This document shows, in pieces, positions 1-7,364 of a stretch of 16,447 nt of DNA (position 1 is its first letter; every line of letters starts with the position of its first letter). The notes beneath the pieces were generated by a model. It saw only the letters and a program-made list of their open reading frames with translations, was not told where the DNA came from and did no database searches. Both the position numbers and the translations under genes were made by a program. The stretch is from Promethearchaeota archaeon (GTDB lineage: Archaea > Asgardarchaeota > Lokiarchaeia > Sigyniarchaeales > SOKP01), in the NCBI GenBank assembly GCA_048938025.1, contig JBHLMP010000037.1, positions 1-16,447 of the forward strand, read 5' to 3'.

Positions 1-1
1 T

Positions 2-394
2 ATTCCTACAAGAAATATTGAAGATACTGCGATCGTTATTGAAAGAATTGCTCATAGAGAACAGGTAAAAGACAGTATGCCAATATTTTCAAGAAAAGCT
101 CCTAAACAACTGTCAAAAAAAGAGAGAAGATCTTTTATTATTGAAGGATTGGTAGATATTGGTCCTAAAAAAGCGAGTACATTAATTGAAAAATTTAAGA
201 CACCATATCAAGTATTTAAAGCAATTAAACGTACTGAAATTTTATATACAAAGACTGGACGAATTAAAGGAATCAAAGGTCCGTTGGAGAGTTTAACTGG
301 ATTTGGTCCCAAATTTATTGAGAAGAATAAAAAACTGCTATTTAGTAAAAAAGAGAGAAGTCCTCAAAAAAAAATTAATGATGAATATTTTTAA
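2..394 (+). CDS. XPF/ERCC4-family structure-specific endonuclease, C-terminal part (end of nuclease domain plus tandem HhH); 5'-truncated by window edge
   Basis: The frame is open from base 2 (IPTRNIEDTAIVIERIAHREQ..., typical end of the ERCC4 domain), so ATG 77 is internal. Two helix-hairpin-helix motifs follow: IEGLVDIGPKKASTL and LESLTGFGPKFIEK. Confidence 0.8.
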   Translation: MPTRNIEDTAIVIERIAHREQVKDSMPIFSRKAPKQLSKKERRSFIIEGLVDIGPKKASTLIEKFKTPYQVFKAIKRTEILYTKTGRIKGIKGPLESLTGFGPKFIEKNKKLLFSKKERSPQKKINDEYF

Positions 395-594
395 GTAATT
401 TAAAATCCTCTGGAACATTATTTCTTAAACCCGTTATTATCCTTTCAACAACTTTACGTCCAAAGGGCAAATCCAATTCATTGACTAAATGAAGTTTTTT
501 TCTTTAAATACAAGCACTCAAGGAATTAAATTTATTTATAATTTTTAGTACCCTATATTATTATAAGACAAAAATTAAAGAAATAAGACTGATA

Positions 595-2337
595 TTGCCT
601 ATTGAGAAAGAATTTAAGATTAACGACTTCCTCTCGTTAAAATTGGAAGGAGGGAAAACATTCATTTACGTGAAGGGAGAACGATTTAATCAATGCAAAT
701 TTCTTCTCTTAGAATTTTCCGTGGATCAAGTTCGATCAATTGACAATATCGAATCTATTGATGAGTTGGCGGAGAAATTGGATCGCTCTTTAGAGGGAAA
801 AAGTAGAAAAATTCCGCTTGAGACGGAATTTTGGGGACATTGCTCGAATTTGCAAGCGTGGTACGAACACGATTACAATACGCGGCTGCTACACCGAAAT
901 TTAGCATTCCCTCTCCTGAAAAAACTGACAGATTGTGGCGATCTATTAGCCAAGAAGGTTTTCAAGGAGGAAATAGCCAAACGAATCGAAAGCGGTTATC
1001 CGCCCGTAGTTATTTATTTAATAAAAGAAAGATATCTAAGTTATTTAAATACTGAAGAATTAAGTGAATATGTATGCAACATTGTAGAAAAGATTCATAT
1101 TCTTGACGAGGATGTCGACGAAGTAGAGTATTATTATGATATCTTAGACAAGATCTTCGATTATCATTTAAAATCGCAAGATTTACTGGTTATACTTTGC
1201 AGATTCTACAAATCAGAGTATTTCTATCTGTTAGAACCATATTTAGACAGACTATCTATTAGAGATCAAATTAAATTGATTGATAAAACGCGGGATCCTA
1301 ACATTTTTTATGAGGTGATCGATATACACAGGCCTAAACTTAATATGGATACTGATGATGTTTTAGACATAGTTCCTGATCTTATAATTAGGCTTGATAT
1401 CCTTCCCGAGGATAGAAGAGAATTTGTTTTAGAAGAACTCATTGATATAGTTATCCAAATTGATTGGTATATAATGGATATGGATATACATGATGAAGAA
1501 TATGAATTGTTCCAAGGATTAATCCCAGAATTTCTAAAAGGTCTTGATAAATTACCGGATAATAGTAGAAAGTTTGAATCTTTTACTAACTTGTTAAATG
1601 AGATAAAGCTTACTGAAACGATCAATAAATGCTATTCACTAATCGAAGAAAAATTTACTGCGCTTATAAACGAGATTGATAAACTGCAGGGTAATCAAAA
1701 ATATTCCGCTTTTTGTAGCTTGATAAGAGCAATTAAAGGAACTAATTTGATGGGAAAAAAATTTCCAGATCTTTTAGATGGACTTAGTAAACTTACCGAT
1801 GATATCGGGACCGAATACAAGTGCCCCGCTTTTTCCTATCTTTTAGACGCAATAATTGAAATTGATACGAGAGAAGGAACTAATTTGATGGGAAAAAAAT
1901 TTCCAGATCTTGTAAATGGACTTGATAAATTACGAGATGATGATAACTTCCGTGACTTAGTCAGAGTGATTTATGGAACTACGTTGATTCTTTCTACCTT
2001 GGTTAGAACAATCAACGGAACTAAAATTTTGAATAAATATTATTCACTCATCAAATCAAAAATAGTTTCTATTTTAAATTGGCTTGATACCTTTCCTATT
2101 ATGATGAAAACTGATTCTTTTCTCCTATTCTTTGATGAAATCAAAGGTACAGAAATAATGAATAACGATGACTTTTATCCTCTTTTCACACAAAAATTTC
2201 TTTCTCTTTTAAATGAACATGACAAGGAATCTGAGAATTCAAAACACCATTTTTTTTCTGAATTGATTAAAGCCATTAAGGGTACCAAATTGGAGAACGA
2301 GGGTGCTTTTAAGAAATGGAAGAAAAAAAATATGTAA
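595..2337 (+). CDS. Uncharacterised protein: conserved lokiarchaeal-type N-terminal module (~aa 1-155) plus C-terminal alpha-helical repeat region
   Basis: 580-aa ORF with TTG start. The N-terminus (EFKINDFLSLKLEGGKTFIYV..QCKFLLL..EFWGHCSNLQAW..LLHRNLAFPLLKKL..GD..AKKVFKEEI) matches, from recall, a module common in Lokiarchaeia LRR/repeat proteins. The C-terminus has recurring 'KF.DL...LDKL....F..L...IKGT' units. Confidence 0.8.
   Translation: MPIEKEFKINDFLSLKLEGGKTFIYVKGERFNQCKFLLLEFSVDQVRSIDNIESIDELAEKLDRSLEGKSRKIPLETEFWGHCSNLQAWYEHDYNTRLLHRNLAFPLLKKLTDCGDLLAKKVFKEEIAKRIESGYPPVVIYLIKERYLSYLNTEELSEYVCNIVEKIHILDEDVDEVEYYYDILDKIFDYHLKSQDLLVILCRFYKSEYFYLLEPYLDRLSIRDQIKLIDKTRDPNIFYEVIDIHRPKLNMDTDDVLDIVPDLIIRLDILPEDRREFVLEELIDIVIQIDWYIMDMDIHDEEYELFQGLIPEFLKGLDKLPDNSRKFESFTNLLNEIKLTETINKCYSLIEEKFTALINEIDKLQGNQKYSAFCSLIRAIKGTNLMGKKFPDLLDGLSKLTDDIGTEYKCPAFSYLLDAIIEIDTREGTNLMGKKFPDLVNGLDKLRDDDNFRDLVRVIYGTTLILSTLVRTINGTKILNKYYSLIKSKIVSILNWLDTFPIMMKTDSFLLFFDEIKGTEIMNNDDFYPLFTQKFLSLLNEHDKESENSKHHFFSELIKAIKGTKLENEGAFKKWKKKNM
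1736..1911 (+). repeat. Exact 38-bp intragenic direct repeat (1736-1773 and 1874-1911), offset 138 bp (46 codons)
   Basis: AAGGAACTAATTTGATGGGAAAAAAATTTCCAGATCTT occurs twice and encodes GTNLMGKKFPDL. Similarity continues imperfectly for about 30 bp downstream of each copy. Confidence 0.95.
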
Positions 2338-2338
2338 A

Positions 2339-2368
2339 TTTTTTTGACTTTCTTTTACTTTATTTTAC
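2339..2368 (+). terminator. Putative archaeal oligo-T terminator after the 595-2337 gene
   Basis: A T8 run and further T-tracts (TTTTTTTTGACTTTCTTTTACTTTATTTT) lie immediately after the stop codon. Confidence 0.4.
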
Positions 2369-2445
2369 AATATTTTGTTAAATTTAAATAATTTGATTCA
2401 ATACTATCTTAACACTTGATTTAATTAACATTTCTGGTACTTCAT

Positions 2446-3936
2446 TTGAAAAATTACGATGTAATCTTCATTCATCCACCTAGAATATTAAAACCAGATT
2501 ATAGTAAAAATACTAAATTTAGACGAGGTTCATTTATTTTTGTACCGATGGGTGTTTTTGCTATTGCTGATTTACTTGAGAGGGAGGGTTTTGGAGTTAA
2601 AATAATAAATTATCCTTTAGAGCAATATCTAAATCCTAATTGGAGAATAGAGGATTTTCTTAAAAATATTGATTTTACTATGGGTGCAATAGATTTACAT
2701 TGGATACATAATGCGCATGGCGCTATTGAAGTTGCGAGAATTGTGAAAAAGGTAAACCCTAATGCAAAAGTAGTTCTTGGAGGTTTTAGTGCTTCATATT
2801 ACCATGATCAAATTTTACATTATTACAAAGAAATTGATGCAATAATTAGAGGAGAAGGCGAAATTCCACTTTTAAAATATATTCGAAATGTTAATAAAAA
2901 TCACTCTTTAGATTCAATTCCGAATTTATCTTATCTAAATTTCTCTAAACAGTTAAAAGTAAACCCTATTTCCTATACAGCGAAAACACTGGATAATTTA
3001 AATTTTACAAACGTATCACTTCTAAAAAATGCAAAACAATACTTCGAATATAGCAGAAAACTTATGGGGATCTCTTTCAATCTTCCCATTGGAAGAGGTT
3101 GTCCATTTAATTGTCCTTTCTGTGCAGGAGGATATAGAGCTCAAAAAAATTTAGTTGGTAGAGATAATGTTGTTCTTAGAAGTCCAGAGAAAGTTATAGA
3201 AGATATTAACAAGGTTCAAGACAATTATAAAGTGCCAAGCGTCTTTTTTGGACATGGTACTTATCCTGCTAATTTGAAATATTGGAAAAGACTATTTGGG
3301 TTGATTGATAAAGAAAAACTGGATATTAGTGGAGATTTGGAGATATGGAGGTTACCTTTTCCTAAAGAGATGTGGAGAATATTTTATAAGACTTTTAATA
3401 GCAATTATTCTTCTGTCAGTATTTCTCCTCGAACAATGTCAGCTAAAGTCCAAACAAAAATAGCTAAAATTTGTGATCCGACATTTAAATTTCCTAAAAA
3501 TCAGATTAATGATTTGATAAAAAATGCGAACTTGTTTCAAAGAATACTAAGAATTTGGTTAACAATTGGCTTTCCATTTCAAACCCGGTTTGATATTCTT
3601 AAGGATTTTAACTTTGCGATGAAATGTCTTTTAAAATACGGAAAATCCAATTTTAAACCGATTACAATTATGAATGAACCATTTCACATCTTCCCCGGTT
3701 CTCCTGCTCATGAATCTCCTGAGAGTTTCGGAATAAAATTAAAATATAATTCATTTCCTGAGGTTGCTGAAGCTTTTAAACGAGCTAAAATATCTTTTTT
3801 TTATAATGTAATAAATTATGACACAGAATATTTATCTCATTCTTCTATCCTTAATTTTAATTTGCTGTTATCTTTAAGCACTGTACTTATGTTTTTAACA
3901 ACAGGTCCAAAATATTCTAATGTGAGAGAAGAATAA
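2446..3936 (+). CDS. Cobalamin (B12)-binding domain / radical SAM protein, resembling the Ta0216 (TIGR04190) family
   Basis: N-terminal B12-binding fold (PMGVFAIADLLEREG..DLHWIHNAHGAIEVARIVK..VVLGGFSAS..IIRGEGE) and a CxxxCxxC motif, CPFNCPFC, at 3100-3123. TTG start. Confidence 0.85.
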   Translation: MKNYDVIFIHPPRILKPDYSKNTKFRRGSFIFVPMGVFAIADLLEREGFGVKIINYPLEQYLNPNWRIEDFLKNIDFTMGAIDLHWIHNAHGAIEVARIVKKVNPNAKVVLGGFSASYYHDQILHYYKEIDAIIRGEGEIPLLKYIRNVNKNHSLDSIPNLSYLNFSKQLKVNPISYTAKTLDNLNFTNVSLLKNAKQYFEYSRKLMGISFNLPIGRGCPFNCPFCAGGYRAQKNLVGRDNVVLRSPEKVIEDINKVQDNYKVPSVFFGHGTYPANLKYWKRLFGLIDKEKLDISGDLEIWRLPFPKEMWRIFYKTFNSNYSSVSISPRTMSAKVQTKIAKICDPTFKFPKNQINDLIKNANLFQRILRIWLTIGFPFQTRFDILKDFNFAMKCLLKYGKSNFKPITIMNEPFHIFPGSPAHESPESFGIKLKYNSFPEVAEAFKRAKISFFYNVINYDTEYLSHSSILNFNLLLSLSTVLMFLTTGPKYSNVREE

Positions 3937-4223
3937 TCTAATGATGTTTTTTCACCAAGAATTTGAAAAAGAACTCAAAAGTGCTACATTTGCCCTTTCT
4001 GAGACACTCCGAAGAACCATAAAAAATTAATTATAAACTATTTATAATACCAATTTTTACATAATATTGCTTAAGAAACAGTTATACTTTTCCTAATCTT
4101 TATATATTCTATTAAAGTAAGATAATAATAGATATGGCAAAAGAAATCCTTCATAAATACTATTATTTCTTTAGAAGTATATTAAATTAAATGTTAAATC
4201 ACGATAAATAGGGATTTATAGGG

Positions 4224-4505
4224 ATGAAAGACCAAATTAAAAACATGGTAAACTATGTCAAGAGTTTACCCAAGGATCTCATCCTTGGCATCATAAGTAT
4301 AGCAGTAGGAACTCCGTTTTTGATTTATTTCTTGATAGAATCTATAGATTATTATTCAGAACATAATAATTTCCCAGATCGATTTTTCAGTTATAGTGGA
4401 TATCTATTGATATACTCTATATGGAGGATTGTATCAACTTTATTATTAATTTTTATTGGAGTGTATTATATTAATAAACATAAGGGGGATTTTCATGTCA
4501 GATAA
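4224..4505 (+). CDS. Small hypothetical membrane protein (~2 TM helices)
   Basis: 93-aa ORF with ATG start, two long hydrophobic stretches and a purine-rich upstream sequence. Confidence 0.6.
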   Translation: MKDQIKNMVNYVKSLPKDLILGIISIAVGTPFLIYFLIESIDYYSEHNNFPDRFFSYSGYLLIYSIWRIVSTLLLIFIGVYYINKHKGDFHVR

Positions 4506-4959
4506 AGCTGATTTAATTATTGGTGTCCTCTTTATCACCCAACTTATCAGCTCGTTATTATTAAGTTATTTTATTATTAAGCAGATGGCTAAACGTGCAA
4601 ATTTAAGAAATAATTATATTTACCCCTTCCTCACTATATATCTTCCTTTACCGTTGAGTTTTTTAATAGCTCAATGGAGTTTGAAGATTCACGATGTCTT
4701 CCCAATATATGTTGACTCTTGGTTATCGCTTCGAAACATAGCAATCCAAGAGTTTTTTTCATATTTTTTTATGATTATTAGTATTTGCGTAAGATCACTA
4801 TTAATCATGTATATATACAAGAGCTATTTCAAAAAAGCATTAATAATATCGATTAGCAGCGTTCTTATTCCTTATCTTTTATATGGTATTTCAAGTAGAA
4901 TTGCAAGTATGATTTACAGTATGGTACTAACTGGAAGCATGTCATATGGTCCAATTTGA
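4495..4959 (+). CDS. Hypothetical integral membrane protein (~4 TM helices)
   Basis: Hydrophobic ORF. Start reassigned from 4456 to ATG 4495 (MSDKADL...), which follows the SD-like AAGGGGGA at 4482-4489 and overlaps the upstream gene by 11 nt. Confidence 0.65.
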   Translation: MSDKADLIIGVLFITQLISSLLLSYFIIKQMAKRANLRNNYIYPFLTIYLPLPLSFLIAQWSLKIHDVFPIYVDSWLSLRNIAIQEFFSYFFMIISICVRSLLIMYIYKSYFKKALIISISSVLIPYLLYGISSRIASMIYSMVLTGSMSYGPI

Positions 4960-4980
4960 TGATCTGAGGAGGATAATAAT

Positions 4981-5415
4981 TTGAACTTGATGATAATAGT
5001 AATTGACATTATATTTGTTGTGGGATTATTAGTAATCCGCTCGTATTTCTCACAATGGTTGGTAAAAGAGAAAATTGAAGGAATTCCTTTAGAAAAAACT
5101 TTTCTTGCTAATGCTATATGGATCATAATTGCAATTATTACTAATGACATCATTTATTATATATATGACAATTATAATACATTATTTTCACCATTAGCAC
5201 CATTTCTTAGCCTTTTTTCATTAGTTATTGAATTTATAACAGGATTATTTGTGATATATCTTGGATTGAAATTAGGATTTTGGGATACTATTATTCATTC
5301 GACAGTCATTTTAGTAACACACCGATTTCTTTTAAGAGCTTGTTTTATGTTAATAATTTTCATTTCTAACGAGAATTTTTACGGGGAGGGTATATATATA
5401 TTTATATTTGTATAA
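4981..5415 (+). CDS. Hypothetical integral membrane protein (~4 TM helices)
   Basis: 144-aa hydrophobic ORF; TTG start preceded by a strong SD-like GAGGAGG (about 4966-4972). Confidence 0.7.
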   Translation: MNLMIIVIDIIFVVGLLVIRSYFSQWLVKEKIEGIPLEKTFLANAIWIIIAIITNDIIYYIYDNYNTLFSPLAPFLSLFSLVIEFITGLFVIYLGLKLGFWDTIIHSTVILVTHRFLLRACFMLIIFISNENFYGEGIYIFIFV

Positions 5416-5493
5416 AGAGGAGATATTTAGCCATTTTAATTTAAGACATATATAAATTATTTTAACGTTTATTAAATATCATAACTAATTCAA

Positions 5494-5949
5494 ATGATTA
5501 AAATGCAAAAATCAAAAATTAAGATTGCTTCATATCTAATGTCAATTTTGGGATGGTACACCATAGTAATATCGATTCTTTGGATATTTTTAACAGAAAT
5601 TATGTTTGTGAGTGATTTTGAGGCATTTACAGGTGACACTTATTCTGATTATCTAGATATTGATCGTGAAGTCGCAGAGCTATATATATTGACAAAAAAA
5701 ATGATTGGGATTATGCTACTCGTAATAGGTCTTTTGATTGTTATTATAAACCAATATGGTTATAGCAAAGGTGAAAAATGGTCTTGGTATGCGCTTCTCA
5801 TAGCGGGTAGTGTGCCATGGGGAACATTTATAATTTACAAACTTGTAATCGGGTATATTGGAATCAGTATGATAACCTTCGTCCTTGGAGCCACACTTTT
5901 TGTTATTGGTATAACTTTCCCAGTTAAAGAAATCTTGAGTAAAAAATAA
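5494..5949 (+). CDS. Hypothetical integral membrane protein (4 TM helices)
   Basis: 151-aa ORF with four hydrophobic segments, an acidic loop (DFEAFTGDTYSDYLDID) and a GYSKGEKWSWY loop. The start could be ATG 5494 or 5503. Confidence 0.75.
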   Translation: MIKMQKSKIKIASYLMSILGWYTIVISILWIFLTEIMFVSDFEAFTGDTYSDYLDIDREVAELYILTKKMIGIMLLVIGLLIVIINQYGYSKGEKWSWYALLIAGSVPWGTFIIYKLVIGYIGISMITFVLGATLFVIGITFPVKEILSKK

Positions 5950-5970
5950 GATAAAGAAAAAAAATAGATT
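5950..5970 (-). terminator. Putative oligo-T terminator for the acyl-CoA dehydrogenase gene
   Basis: A-tract on + (a T8 run on -) in the 33-bp gap between convergent genes. Confidence 0.35.
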
Positions 5971-5982
5971 TTAATCTAACAA

Positions 5983-7245
5983 TTACAATAATCTCATAAA
6001 TCTTCGAATTTGTGATTGAATGAGAAGCAATTGAATGTTTCTTGCACCACCAATAACTTCTTCGATTTTACTTACATCCACCAGTTCATCAACAGGTGTA
6101 TTATCAGTAACGGAGACTCCACCCATATGTTGTTGGACTTCATAACAGATATCATGTGTTAGTTTAGATACATAATACTTACCTTGAGAAGAGATAGATG
6201 CAACCCATTTTTCTGCTTCTTTTGAAGGCTTTTCAGCAAATAGGATTTTATCATCATAAATTGTGGCGGCTTGTAGGGCTAATGATGTTGCTGCTGTAGC
6301 TTTAGTTAATAAATCTGCTAATCCATATCCTACTCCCTGGTATCTAATTATAGGCTTACCAAACTGTTCTCTTAAGTTAGTGTAAATTATTCCATTAATC
6401 AATCCACTCCAACAAATTCCGATTCCCGAACCCATAATACTTAAACGCTCAGGAACTAAGCCTTCAAACAATCTTACATATCCAAGTCCGTTATCTGAGA
6501 GTACATATTCCATTGGAACTTTAACATTATCTAATATCGTATGAGCGATATGAACTCGAGGAACAGAATTAATCTTTAATCGTTCCGTTTTAACGCCAAA
6601 TTCGCGAGCAATCATTCCTTGAACCATAGTATCTCTTGGATTACCTGTATCATATACTCCATAGCAACAAAAATAATCCGCTTTAGGGCCATTTGTTGTA
6701 AATACTTTTTCTCCATTAAAAATGACGCCATCATCTGTTTTTGTACATTTTGTTGTCAGATTTACGGCATCAGAACCCCTCTCAGGTTCTGTTATTCCAA
6801 TACAACCGACTTTTTGTCCAGATAATAATCCATCTTGTACCTTATATATTGTATCTCCCGTACCTCCATAATGATAATAGTGAAAGGTGGGATTCGCACA
6901 TAAAATCCCACTTGCAACTCGCCCTAATTCTAATTGAGGGTCTAAAAAAGAAATATGAGTACCTAATAGAATTTCTTTTTTCATTCCATAAGGTTTAAAG
7001 TCCTTCCACTCATTAATTCTTTGCATATATCCTCTTTTCCCGAGTTCAGGAAAGAGTACATAGACATCCTTTGATTTATCTATTTTCGGTTGTAAATCTA
7101 TACAGAATTGTTGTAACTCTAGACAGTATTCACGCTCTTCTTCATTTAGCATGGGAAAGATATTATCATTAAATATTTTGAAGATGTTCTCAAGAGCCAT
7201 TTTCTCGAGAATTTCGTCATTTATAAATTTCTCTTGCATTTGCAT
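5983..7245 (-). CDS. Acyl-CoA dehydrogenase family protein
   Basis: FAD-binding motifs GCIGITEPERGSD and NGEKVFTTNG, plus REQFGKPI..YQG and QQHMGG. Confidence 0.93.
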   Translation of the reverse strand: MQMQEKFINDEILEKMALENIFKIFNDNIFPMLNEEEREYCLELQQFCIDLQPKIDKSKDVYVLFPELGKRGYMQRINEWKDFKPYGMKKEILLGTHISFLDPQLELGRVASGILCANPTFHYYHYGGTGDTIYKVQDGLLSGQKVGCIGITEPERGSDAVNLTTKCTKTDDGVIFNGEKVFTTNGPKADYFCCYGVYDTGNPRDTMVQGMIAREFGVKTERLKINSVPRVHIAHTILDNVKVPMEYVLSDNGLGYVRLFEGLVPERLSIMGSGIGICWSGLINGIIYTNLREQFGKPIIRYQGVGYGLADLLTKATAATSLALQAATIYDDKILFAEKPSKEAEKWVASISSQGKYYVSKLTHDICYEVQQHMGGVSVTDNTPVDELVDVSKIEEVIGGARNIQLLLIQSQIRRFMRLL

Positions 7246-7353
7246 TTTTTATCAATTTTAATTGTTCTTTTGAAATTTGAAGAATTTATACTAATTACTC
7301 TAAATTTTTTATTGCAATTAAATTTTTAATATTGATAAAAATTAGTTAAAGCT

Positions 7354-7361
7354 AAAAAAAA
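7354..7361 (-). terminator. Putative oligo-T terminator after the ABC ATPase genes
   Basis: T8 run on the - strand 3 nt downstream of the stop codon at 7365. Confidence 0.35.
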
Positions 7362-7364
7362 GAT

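Noticed and set aside
77-394. 105-aa ORF as a complete gene starting at ATG 77
   Set aside because: The frame is open to the window start and continues the ERCC4 domain, so the ATG is internal.
831-1625. ORFs 831-1055 (+) and 1308-1625 (-)
   Set aside because: Alternate-frame or antisense shadows inside the 580-aa gene, with no recognisable motifs.
1736-1941. Repeat pair as the template/variable repeats of a diversity-generating retroelement, or as a CRISPR array
   Set aside because: Both copies are in frame within one CDS, the mismatches are not adenine-specific, there are only two copies, and no reverse transcriptase or cas gene is in the window.
462-3998. 11-bp inverted match AAAGGGCAAAT (462-472) / ATTTGCCCTTT (3988-3998) flanking two genes, as possible mobile-element ends
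   Set aside because: An 11-bp match is expected by chance in a window of this size, and I saw no transposase or target-site duplication.
4914-5153. 79-aa minus-strand ORF
   Set aside because: Antisense to two membrane-protein genes that have better start signals.
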